A stretch of DNA of 64,000 nt from Macrostomum hystrix (lineage: Eukaryota > Animalia > Platyhelminthes), in assembly GCA_950097015.1 (NCBI GenBank), contig CATNEN010000038.1, forward strand, positions 17,794,001-17,858,000, written 5' to 3'. A model generated the notes under the pieces. That model was not told the DNA's origin and did not search any database. It saw only the letters and a program-made list of their open reading frames with translations. Within the stretch, counting starts at the first letter, position 1. Each line of letters opens with the position of its first letter. The translations under genes were made by a program, and so were the position numbers. This document shows, piece by piece, positions 1-11,486 of this stretch.

Positions 1-165
1 ACGGTCATAGCTTGTGGTGAGACGTTCATAGCTTGTGGTGAGACGTTCATAGCTTGTGGTGAGACGTTCATAGCTTGTGGTGAGACGTTCATAGCTTGTG
101 GTGAGACGTTCATAGCTTGTGGTGAGACGGTCTTTGAGACGGTCATAGCTTGCGGTGAGACGTTC
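1..165. repeat. 21-bp minisatellite (gagacgttcatagcttgtggt), truncated by window start
   Basis: About 7 direct tandem copies visible. Confidence 0.95.
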
Positions 166-1054
166 ATATAGGCGGAGATTCTGGACATTCAGACAAATAA
201 CTTGGCATTCCGACTGTTGGAAACAGTTTTGTACGAATCTCAAAACAGAAAAAGCCAAAAAGATTTTTTAAACTAAATCCTATACAAACTTAAGGTCCAT
301 CCATGGTGCCCAAGCCAATTAACTAAAACACGAAGCACATAGTTTCACTCTTCTGTAGAAAAGAATTAATTTCTCGCACCACGCAGAGCGGGCACTCACT
401 CTATGATGTATTAAGAGTACATTTTCTCACTCTGCCTCTCTTTCTGTAGGCAGCAGAGTATGACTGCCGGGGGCCTATAACTCGTTAGAAATGAAAACTT
501 GTTAATTCGCAATTGTTCCAAGTATTTTTTAAAGTTTCAAATTAATTTAGCAGCTTGCAATTGTAGAGGCCAACGGAGCGAAGAGACACGCATAATCTAT
601 ACTACGTACATTTTAGCTCTCTCGCAATGCATCTTTAGTGCTTTCTGTCTTGCGTAGACAACCTGTGTAGCTTCTAGAGGTAAATGAGGCCATTCTATTA
701 GAGCTTGCATTAGAACAGTGGCAAGAGTTGCTCTGTTAAAGATTTTCTACCAGACCCATTAGCTAGCGTATGTCCACTGAAACCCGCCGCGAAATGAATT
801 TATTTAGTGTCTCGCCTGCAGAGGACTGAGCAGTCAGCGCTGCTCACCCTCGCGACCCTGGAGGGGGTGGTTTTACGATGAATTCGTCACAGACTGGAGT
901 CGTCATTTAATTTCGGAGCGCAGCAGGCAGCAGCAGCCTATATTTATTTAGCACCTGAGCGAATAGAATTGCCAAAATTATCGAGATTTAGTTGGTAACA
1001 CTTGGTACAGTTACACTGCTAGTCCAGTGCTTTCTCTAGCCAGAACTATAAAAA

Positions 1055-2298
1055 ATGTCTGGAGCGTCCATCACTCAGAGACTGCCGCTTGTGGAGCTGA
1101 AAGGTCCTGTGTTCGAGTCCGACACGCAATGGCAGCCGGGCCGATCGCTGCAGGAGGCAGGCACCGCAGCTGCAGCGGACAGAATTATTAATCAGCAGGG
1201 CGCGATTCGAACCCGCGACCACAGACTGCTGTCGGAATCGCAACCACAGCAGCAGATGCCGACGTCGACGTCGACACCGCGCCAGCATCAGTATCATCAC
1301 CAGCTGCATCGCGAAGCCTCCCAGATCACCATGGCAACAATTGCCATGGAGAGGTATCGTCGAAGACGCGATCAGAACGCAGCCTCGGCCTCGATGGAAC
1401 TGGACGGGCGCCATCTGTCCGCCGTGGGCCAGCGTCGAGTGCATCAGCAGCAGTCCATCTCACTGCCATCAACAGCCACCACAAATCAGCAGGTAATTGT
1501 GTTGCGATTGTCGGGGAGTGTGGCGGAACGGTTAACGCTTTGCCTCCCGCGCCAAGGTCCAAGCTCGATTTCCGCGGCGAGGCCACATTTATTTGGAGCG
1601 CAGCCGCGCAGAGATGGCTTGGTGGCTTGTCGTGCAAATATACTCCATTTGAAGGCCGACCTCCAAAGCATAGTGAGCTGGTACGGTATCTGGTTGTGTG
1701 TGTGCTCAGGAGTCAGCGAAATGGGTACCTCCTCGCTGGCTGCGGGTCTCGTGCCATCAGAATGGTGTGCGATTGCCCACAGCTCTTCTGAAACTATTCT
1801 TAGCGATTTGATTGTCTGCTCAACGTGAAAATTCCTGGCCAGATTTATTAGAGATCCACGGTGATTTTTAACCGACTCTAAACGACTTAGGCAGCGTCGC
1901 CGCCGCCGCCCACAACATCTCTGACTATAACGGCGCCCCGTGCGGCTCAAGCGGCAGTGGCTTCATCCGGTGCCGCGGGTCCCAGCTCTCTGCCGTTCGT
2001 CCGGCGTCACCTAAGTCGGCACCGGACGCTGCTGGAGCTGACTCTAGGCCAGGATCGTCTAGTTGTTGACGCCTTCGCAGAGGCCCCCAATCCGGGGGAG
2101 CGGTTGGCGGCGAGAATGCGCGCCTGCGCCGGCGAACCGACGAGAGGCCAAGCAAGCATCATGCAGCGACAGCAGCTGGCTGACAAGCAGCAGCAGCAGC
2201 AGCAGCAACAGCCGAGTCGAAGGCGACGAATGACTAAACGAGAAAAAACTGCTCAAACAATCAGCCGCGCTATTCTCACCTATGACAGGTCTTTGTAA
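1055..2298 (+). CDS. Uncharacterised Q-rich protein, 2 exons join(1055..1492,1891..2298), ~281 aa
   Basis: ATG in aaaaATG context. Donor CAG|GTAATT at 1492/1493 and acceptor TTAG|G at 1890/1891 are both phase 0 and join ORF 1055 to ORF 1957..2298 in frame. Exons are GC-rich with poly-Q. No family recognised. Confidence 0.65.
1513..1800 (+). mobile_element. tRNA-derived SINE in intron of gene 1
   Basis: A-box-like TGGCGGAACGG at 1521 and degenerate B-box (agctcgatttcc). Body is homologous to 30815-30905 (reverse strand) and 31450-31575 (shared agtcagcg..aatggg..ctcctcgctggctgcgggtc). 3' end approximate. Confidence 0.65.
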
Positions 2299-2659
2299 AG
2301 AGCTTTATTCTTATACACAGTGTAAGACAATTTTTACACAACATGGGCCTTAGAACTTAGGATCTTTCATTTGAGTTTTTAATACTTTACCGGATTATTA
2401 CAACTGTTGACGAATAATAACAGCCAACGAATCGACACTTTCTACAGCTTATTTACTTTTTCCCTGTCTCAGTATATGAGTATAATAGACTTTGATAGAG
2501 ACTTGGATTTTATATTTGTAATTTTCGGTGGTGGGTCAGTAATCTGCATTATTGTTTAAATAAACAAAGTAAAAACGTTTAAACAAACCTACGCTTGTAG
2601 TGTATGTATTATTTCTACAAGACAAAATACGAGAACGACAGTGCCTATTTTGAAGTACT

Positions 2660-3105
2660 CAACTCAAGGAAAACAGAGTTCTCAAGTCTAGGAACTCAGA
2701 TTGCGTGATATTTTGGAAAAATAAGTTATCGCTGTCTAGTAAAACTGAGTTCTCAATTTCTGGGAAGACGGAGTTCTTTATTTCTAGGAAAATTAAGTTC
2801 TCATTTTTTAAAGAAAATTGACTTCTTAATTTCTTGGAAAACTTAGCTCTTAATATCTAGGAAAACCGAGTTCTTAAATTTCTAGGAAAATTAAGCGCTG
2901 AATTTCTAGGAAAACTAAGCGCTTTATTTCTAGGAAAACTACGCTCTCAATTTCTAGGAAAACTAAGCGCCCAATTTCTAGGAAAACTACGCTCTCAATT
3001 TCTAGGAAAAGTGTGTTCTTAATTATAAGAACTCAAATTAATTAATCTCTAGGAAAACGGTTTTTAATTTCTAGGAAAACAGAGATCTCAATTTTAGGAA
3101 CTTAG
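2660..3105. repeat. Degenerate ~30-bp tandem repeat with core tttctaggaaaac; partial copy again at ~3620-3685
   Basis: Recurrent ttctaggaaaa motif at regular spacing. Confidence 0.8.
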
Positions 3106-3749
3106 AGTGACTCAGCGATCAGCTGACAGAAAGTAGTTAGTAAAATTAATTTATAAATTAGAAAAAAGTTTGTAACTTTAAATTTACGCACAAAAAAATG
3201 CTGCTTAACTAGCAGTAATCAGGGAATAGTACAATAATTTTTGTACTTTTATTATATTTGTTTTTAAGTGGACGATTAAAACAGTCTAATGTCAACAGGC
3301 ATAAAAAATAGTCAAAGCATGCTAGTAACCGTTAAAACGAAAAGTTATGACGTTTAAATCATAATTTTTCTCGACTTCTCTGCATATGGTTGTGAAGCGA
3401 AGAAATAAAAGCAAAAATCGAAAAAACAGACATGCAAAAACGTATAAAAACACAAGAATCTATTGCATGGATTCATTCGCCTACGATACCAGTGATAATC
3501 ATCACAACTGTAGAAAGTGAGAAACACAGCTTGTAATACAGCAAGCCTAACTATAATAACGCAACTTGAATGTATTTTTTCATAACGGAATAGCAGACAA
3601 GTAAAGTAGCAAATGAAAATGCTAGGAAAATTAAGTTCTCGTTTTTTAAAGAAAATTGACTTCCTTATTTCTTGGAAAACTTAGTTACCTCTGTTACTCT
3701 GTTAAATTGTTAATTGGGATCGCAAAGAATTAACAAAAACTCAGCTTTT

Positions 3750-4588
3750 TGAGGGTCTGGGAGGATGGCAGATACAATTTGGGGATCTGGGAGGATGGCA
3801 GATACAATTTGGGGATCTGGGAGGATGTCAGACAATTTGGGGATCTGGGAGGATGGCAGATACAATTTGGGGATTTGGGAGAATGGCAGATACAATTTGG
3901 GGATCTGGGAGGATGTCAGACAATTTGGGGATCTGGGAGGATGGCAGATACAATTTTGGGGATCTGGGAGGATGTCAGATACAATTTGGGGATCTGGGAG
4001 GATGGCAGATACAATTTGGGGATCTGGGAGGATGGCAGATACAATTTGGGGATCTGGGAGGATGGCAGATACAATTTGGGGATCTGGGAGGATGGCAGAT
4101 ACAATTTGGGGATCTGGGAGGATGGCAGATACAATTTGGGGATCTGGGAGGATGTCAGATACAATTTGGGGATCTGGGAGGATGGCAGATACAATTTGGG
4201 GATCTGGGAGGATGTCAGATACAATTTGGGGATCTGGGAGGATGGCAGATACAATTTGGGGATCTGGGAGGATGGCAGATACAATTTGGGGATCTGGGAG
4301 GATGGCAGATACAATTTGGGGATCTGGGAGGATGGCAGATACAATTTGGGGATCTGGGAGGATGGCAGATACAATTTGGGGATCTGGGAGGATGGCAGAT
4401 ACAATTTGGGGATCTGGGAGGATGGCAGATACAATTTGGGGATCTGGGAGGATGGCAGATACAATTTGGGGATCTGGGAGGATGGCAGATACAATTTGGG
4501 GATCTGGGAGGATGGCAGATACAATTTGGGGATCTGGGAGAATGGCAGATACAATTTGAGGATCTGGGAGGATCGCAGATACAATTTG
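3750..4588. repeat. 30-bp minisatellite (gatctgggaggatggcagatacaatttggg)
   Basis: About 28 near-identical tandem copies. Confidence 0.97.
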
Positions 4589-4751
4589 ATAATTGTAAGA
4601 GTTGTGGAAGCAAGATAATGTAGGACTGAACTTATGCAACAGAAAAGAACAGCAACCGGACTATGAACAAATGCAGTTTGGTGGCGCCTTCTGCAACCAA
4701 ATGCTCAAGTTTTGAAGGCTTTCACTCTGAGAAACAGTCAGAAGTCAGAGA

Positions 4752-7700
4752 TCAGACGGCGCCACCGCCGTCACCCTCCCCGTCAGCGTCTTCCATTCGT
4801 CGAATTCTCTTAGCAGCCGTGGCGGCAGTGGAGTCTGGCCTGCTGCCAGTGTTGGCGTTTTCCACAGACCTGGCCAACTGGTCACACAGGTGACTCAGCA
4901 CCTCCTGCTGACGCTTCTGCTTGCGCTTTAGAGAGCACAATTCCCGGAGCATGCCAGTTTGGACTTGGTCTAGACTCAGCGCAATTCGCACTATGCGATT
5001 CAACAGGGTGAACTCGTGATTGTATTCCTGTCCATTGTTGCTAGCGTTGCCATTGGCAACCGGCGTCGTACTAGTCGCATTAGCTGCCGGAGCTGAGGAA
5101 ACCGCAGCAACTTGAATAGCCGAGGCTGAGGAAGTTGAAGACGAGGAAGCGGACGCTGAAATGGAGACTCCGTTGGATTGCTGTTGTCTCGGCTGCAATG
5201 TCTTCGGCTGCTGAGACTGAGCAGGTGTCCTGTGACGAATAGATTAAAATTATTCTCATCGATTAGACACACGATAAGGGAATCAGGTGTTGATTCTACG
5301 AAAGCTAATTTTAAACAACTTTTTTTCTTACCCAGACGGCCCAACTAAAGATTCGCCGATTAGCGGCTGCTCCGGTTTCACAATCACCAGATTGCCATCG
5401 TTAACTGCGGGATGAGATTCAATAAAATTTTGGATTATGAGTGTGATGTTATAGCGCGATAGTTTTAACTACTCGCAGACAAAAATGCGGATACTCAGGA
5501 TAGACAGACACACTAAGACACACTACGACAGACAGATGGACAGACAGAAAGACAAATACCTATAAAAGACAGACATCTGGGAAAGAGGGTCAGACAGAAG
5601 ACATAGGCAGTTAGACAGAAACAAAGACACAGACACTGAGACAGAAGCAGAGACACAGACAGTCAGACAGAAGCAGAGACACAGACAGTTAGACGGAAGC
5701 AGAGACACAGACAGTTAGACAGAGACAAAGACACAGACAGTCAGACAGAAGCAGACACACAGACAGTCAGTCAGAAGCAGAAACACAGAAAGTCAGACAA
5801 ACAAAGACACAGACAGTCAGTCAGAAGCAGAAACACAGAAAGTCAGCAGAAACAAAGACACAGACAGTGAGACAGAAGCAGAGACACAGAAAGTCAGACA
5901 GAAACAAAGACACAGGCAGTCAGACAGAAGCAGAGACACAGGCAGTGAGACAGAAACAAAGACATACAGTTAGATAGAAACAAAGACACAGTGATACAGA
6001 AGCAGAGACACAGGCAGTTAGACAGAAACAAAGACACAGAAAGTCAGACAGAAGCAGACACACAGACAGTTAGACAGAAACAAAGACATACAGTTAGACA
6101 GAAACAGACTCAGACAGTCAGACGGAAGCAGACACACAGACAGTTAGACAGAAGCAGAAACACAGAAAGTCAGACAAACAAAGACACAGACAGTCAGTCA
6201 GAAGCAGAAACACAGAAAGTCAGCAGAAACAAAGACACAGACAGTCAGACAGAAGCAGACACACAGACAGTCAGTCAGAAGCAGAAACACAGAAAGTCAG
6301 ACAAACAAAGACACAGACAGTCAGTCAGAAGCAGAAACACAGAAAGTCAGCAGAAACAAAGACACAGACAGTGAGACAGAAGCAGAGACACAGAAAGTCA
6401 GACAGAAACAAAGACACAGGCAGTCAGACAGAAGCAGAGACACAGGCAGTGAGACAGAAACAAAGACATACAGTTAGATAGAAACAAAGACACAGTGATA
6501 CAGAAGCAGAGACACAGGCAGTTAGACAGAAACAAAGACACAGACAGTCAGACAGAAGCAGAGACACAGGCAGTGAGACAGAAACAAAGACATACAGTTA
6601 AATAGAAACAAAGACACAGTGATACAGAAGCAGAGACACAGGCAGTTAGACAGAAACAAAGACACAGAAAGTCAGACAGAAGCAGACACACAGACAGTTA
6701 GACAGAAACAAAGACATACAGTTAGACAGAAACAGACTCAGACAGTCAGACGGAAGCAGACACACAGACAGTTAGACAGAAACAAAGACATACAGTTAGA
6801 CAGAAACAGACTCAGACAGTCAGACGGAAGCAGAGACACAGACAGTCAGACAGAAGCAGACACACAGACAGTCAGACAGAAGCAGACACACAGACAGTTA
6901 GACAGAAACAAAGACATACAGTTAGACAGAAACAAAGACATACAGTTAGACAGAAACAAAGACACAGACAGTCAGACAGAAGCAGACACACAGACAGTCA
7001 GTCAGAATCAGAAACACAGAAAGTCAGACAGAAACAAAGACACAGACAGTCAGTCAGAAGCAGAAACACAGAAAGTCAGACAGAAACAAAGACACAGACA
7101 GTGAGACAGAAGCAGAGACACAGAAAGTCAGACAGAAACAAAGACACAGGCAGTGAGACAGAAACAAAGACATACAGTTAGATATAAACAAAGACACAGT
7201 GATACAGAAGCAGAGACAAAGGCAGTTAGACAGAAACAAAGACACAGACAGTCAGACAGAAGCAGACACACAGACAGTTAGACAGAAACAAAGACATACA
7301 GTTAGACAGAAACAGACTCAGACAGTCAGACGGAAGCAGACACACAGACAGTTAGACAGAAACAAAGACATACAGTTAGACAGAAACAGACTCAGACAGT
7401 CAGACGGAAGCAGAGACACAGACAGTCAGACAGAAGCAGACACACAGACAGTCAGACAGAAGCAGACACACAGACAGTTAGACAGAAACAAAGACATACA
7501 GTTAGACAGAAACAAAGACATACAGTTAGACAGAAACAAAGACATACAGTTAGACAGAAACAAAGACACAGACAGTCAGACAGAAGCAGACACACAGACA
7601 GTCAGTCAGAATCAGAAACACAGAAAGTCAGACAGAAACAAAGACACAGACAGTCAGTCAGAAGCAGAAACACAGAAAGTCAGACAGAAACAAAGACACA

Positions 7701-9381
7701 GACAGTGAGACAGAAGCAGAGACACAGAAAGTCAGACAGAAACAAAGACACAGGCAGTGAGACAGAAACAAAGACATACAGTTAGATATAAACAAAGACA
7801 CAGTGATACAGAAGCAGAGACAAAGGCAGTTAGACAGAAACAAAGACACAGACAGTCAGACAGAAGCAGACACACAGACAGTTAGACAGAAACAAAGACA
7901 TACAGTTAGACAGAAACAGACTCAGACAGTCAGACGGAAGCAGAGACACAGACAGTTAGACAGAAACAGACTCAGACAGTCAGACGGAAGCAGAGACACA
8001 GACAGTCAAGATCCTCACAGTCGGAGGAGTCGCTGCAGCTTCCATCGGCGATGCTGGCAGATGAAGCAGTAGCAGCAGACGCTGTAGCCGTGGCAGCAGC
8101 CGCGACCGTTGCAGCGGGGGCGGTTGCGGTGGAGGCGGCTGGCTTATAGTTAATGGACGAGCCGGAGTACAAAGGCAAGCCGCCATTGGGATGCGAATCT
8201 GATCTGCCGCCAGCTAAACCCAAAGTTGGCACAGCGTTCCAGAGCAGCCTAGCAGACTCGGCATTGGTTAAGCGCCTAGTGGCCGGGTTCTCGTAACAGA
8301 CGTCTTCAAAGTGCAGCGAGCAGACAACGTATTGGCGTTCGCACAGTAGTTTAGAAGCCACTGTGCTTAATTTAGGATTCGCGACGCAACGCTTCCACAG
8401 TTCGCTGACTGCCGGCGACTGTGGAAATGAGTGCAGCAGTACCGGAGGATTTGAGCACTCGCTTGAGTAGCACTGGGGCACAATGCAGACGCGGCGGCGG
8501 CGCCGGCTCACAATGGCCGCTCGGCTACGGCGTTCGCGAGTGGCAGCGGCTGGAGATAAGGAAGACAGGGGCAGTTCTCAGTTACAGACAGTGGGGAGAA
8601 TGGCTGTTCTCAGTTACAGACAGTGTGGAGAGTGGCTATTCTCAGTTACAGACAGTGTGGAGAGTGGCTATTCTCAGTTACCGACAGTGGGGAGAGTGGC
8701 TATTCTCAGTTACCGACAGTGGGGAGAATGGCAGTTCTCAGTTACCGACAGTGGGGAGAACGGCAGTTCTCAGTTACAGACAGTGTGGAGAATGGCTGTT
8801 CTCAGTTACAGACAGTGTGGAGAGTGGCTATTCTCAGTTACCGACAGTGGGGAGAATGGCTGTTCTCAGTTACAGACAGTGTGGAGAGTGGCTATTCTCA
8901 GTTACCGACAGTGGGGAGAATGGCTGTTCTCAGTTACAGACAGTGTGGAGAGTGGCTATTCTCAGTTACCGACAGTGGGGAGAATGGCTGTTCTCAGTTA
9001 CAGACAGTGGGGAGAGTGGCTATTCTCAGTTACCGACAGTGGGGAGAATGGCTGTTCTCAGTTACCGACAGTGTGGAGAATGGCTGTTCTCAGTTACAGA
9101 CAGACAGTGTGGAGAGTGGCAGTTCTCAGTTACAGACAGTGTGGAGAGTGGCAGTTCTCGAGAAGTTAAGAAGTCTCACCCAGAGTGTCGACGGTCGCTT
9201 TTTGTCCAGCCGAAGCTGCAGAGCTGGCAGCGGCAGCCGCGCCACCAACGAGTTCCATCTCCTGCGCCACCGGGTCCGCAGAGTCAGCTTCCATGTCCAA
9301 ATCATCGTCAACTTCTTCTTCGTCAAAGGAGGCGCCCAAATTGCCAGTGGCAGAATTTGAATCGTCAGCTGATTGGGCCAT
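4752..9381 (-). CDS. THAP-domain (C2CH zinc finger) protein, 4 exons complement(9381..9180,8549..8019,5404..5332,5229..4752), ~427 aa
   Basis: Exon 2 has the full THAP signature CIVPQC..LHSFP..W..VCSLHF..AVPTL. All three introns are GT-AG and phase consistent (1,1,2). VKPE SUMO-like motif and a C-terminal coiled coil are typical of THAP factors. Confidence 0.85.
5500..8008. repeat. Complex (AGAC/ACAG)-rich satellite filling THAP intron 2, with ~0.6-kb internal duplications
   Basis: cagacagaagcagagacacagacagt-type units. Repeated ORF starts at 5991/6619/7199/7803 mark the larger periodicity. Confidence 0.95.
8565..9158. repeat. 32-bp minisatellite filling THAP intron 1
   Basis: gttctcagttacagacagtggggagaatggct, about 18 copies. 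Confidence 0.95.
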
Positions 9382-9689
9382 TCGATAGTTATATTAAGCT
9401 GCGACTCTTTAGTGTTGGGCTGAAAAAAATTAAAATGAGAATTGTTCACTACCCTAGCCGTCGGGGGTTCGAATCGCAGCCTATAGGCAAGACACTTTGA
9501 TTCCTTAGTGTAACAATTAAAACAGCTGTAAAACGGGTAATTACGTATTAACTAAACCTCTTCAGAAATGAGCCCGAAAATAATTGGCGTTGTTAGCCAG
9601 AGCAAGAGGATATGGAAAAAAAATTGTAAACAAAAAATTATGGTTCTTATCGATTATTGATTAATAATAATATTGATAATAATTGATTA

Positions 9690-9970
9690 CACCTGCCCCA
9701 ATTGGGTCAGATGTGCAGCCGACAGCACAGCCGCAGCTAATGCGCGGCGCATCTGAAGGCTGCGTACAGCTGTTCAGTCCACGGACTGGGGGGGCCACAC
9801 CCACCTTCAATTATCCCAGCTGATGCGGGTACCCATTTAACAGCTGGGTGAACTGAAGCAATGCAGAGTTTAGTGTCTTGCTAAAGGACGCAAATTGTTC
9901 CAGTGGAGTCGGGAATCGAACCCCCGACCTTCAAGTCGTGAGTCCGACGCCCTAGCCACTAGGCTTAAAC
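9690..9970 (-). mobile_element. tRNA-derived CORE-type SINE
   Basis: Reverse strand: A box (agcctagtggctagg), B box GGTTCGATTCC, then gtcctttagcaagacactaaactctgcattgcttcagttcacccagctgttaaatgggtacc, which resembles the MIR/CORE domain. AT-rich tail. Short + strand remnant at ~9458-9500. Confidence 0.8.
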
Positions 9971-10659
9971 CTCTTTATCGATGATAAAAGAACTCTAAAT
10001 ATCGGTAGCATTAAAGTGAAGAGACTGTCACGATACCTCCATCGTTTTTTGTAGTATATTTAAAAAAAATTGAGTTTAGAAGAAAAAATTAAAATAGCAG
10101 CAGTTAGTTTTTAGTTCTTACTACTGGCTATCACACACAAGTAGTATGACGAGTAAAACTGTTCGATGCTACTAAACAAAAATAGCACAGCATTCTAAGA
10201 AATGAAGTAAATACATTTGGAAACTAATAAATTGCACATAGTGCATGCATTTGCGATAAAAAAGATTGTTAGAAAAAGTATTTTCAATCACAATCTTTCC
10301 ACTAAAGGTCAAAACTGCTTTAAACTATTTTAAAACAGAATATTGCATCAATTCGACAAAGAACGAAATCTGTTAAAAAATTGCAGGTACCGGTGGCGGA
10401 CAAGAAATAGAAAAAAGTCTAATTTAAACTGAACACGGCAGTAAAACAAAAAACTAAAGAAATGGCAAGAACACGCGAAATTGAAGACAATGGACTACAA
10501 AAAACACAAATCTTGCTTATGGGCTTTACAAAGTTTCTACGACGCTGATGTAAAAACAAAACTCACTTTAAAAATATAAATTTTAAGAGAAACACACGAT
10601 TTTTTTGTTAATTAAAAAAAGGAACTAACCAAAATCTTACAAGCTAACACAATAGACCT

Positions 10660-11310
10660 TTTCAAGCTTCAGGGATCTGATAAGATGATCATTTCCCAAG
10701 CTTCAGGGATCTGATAAGATGATCATTTCCCAAGCTTCAGGGATCTGATAAGATGATCATTTCCCAAGCTTCAGGATCTGATAAGATGATCATTTCCCAA
10801 GCTTCAGGGATCTGATAAGATGATCATTTCCCAAGCTTCAGGGATCTGATAAGATGATCAATTCCCAAGCTTCAGGGATCTGATAAGATGATCATTTCCC
10901 AAGCTTCAGGATCTGGGATCAATAAGATGATCATTTCCCAAGCTTCTGGTATCTGATAAGATGATCATTTCCCAAGCTTCAGGATCTGGGATCAATAAGA
11001 TGATCAATTCCCAAGCTTCAGGGATCTGATAAGATGATCATTTCCCAAGCTTCAGGGATCTGATAATATAATCATTTCCCAAGCTTCAGGATCTGATAAG
11101 ATGATCATTTCCTAAGCTTCTGGTATCTGATAAGATGATCATTTCCCAAGCTTCAGGGATCTGATAAGATGATCATTTCCCAAGCTTCAGGGATCTGATA
11201 AGATGATCATTTCCAAAGCTTCAGGGATCTGATAAATTGATTACTTCCCAAGCTTCGGGGAGAACTGATAAGATGATCATTTCCCAAGGTTAAGGGATCT
11301 GATATGATTT
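10660..11310. repeat. 34-bp minisatellite (tttcccaagcttcagggatctgataagatgatca)
   Basis: About 19 tandem copies. Confidence 0.95.
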
Positions 11311-11317
11311 AAATTTC

Positions 11318-11476
11318 CTGGAATCAATTATTTTCTAGAACAAATTATTTCCTAGAATCAATTATTTCCTAGAACCAATTATTCCCTAGAATCAATTATT
11401 TCCTAGAACCAATTATTTCCTAGAATCAATTATTTCATAGAATCAATTATTTCCTAGAACCATTGCTCTCCTAGAA
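11318..11476. repeat. 17-bp tandem repeat (cctagaatcaattattt) immediately 3' of PRKAR1 stop
   Basis: About 9 copies. Confidence 0.9.
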
Positions 11477-11486
11477 GCAATCCATC

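Noticed and set aside
1721-1780. HDV-like ribozyme suggested by CCTCCTCGCTGGC (same as HDV L3 region)
   Set aside because: P3 does not pair fully, no GG for P1.1 follows a valid P1, and the second copy cannot form the fold. Kept only as a generic structured SINE domain.
3710-4639. Overlapping ORFs in all six frames (also the ORFs at 5991-8072, 8421-9500, 32980-33691, 51175-51864, 54236-54788, 56562-58276, 59120-63849)
   Set aside because: Translations of stop-poor minisatellites, mostly lying inside introns defined by conserved exons
9895-9970. tRNA gene (minus strand)
   Set aside because: A/B boxes are present but the acceptor stem does not close and the sequence continues into a CORE-SINE body
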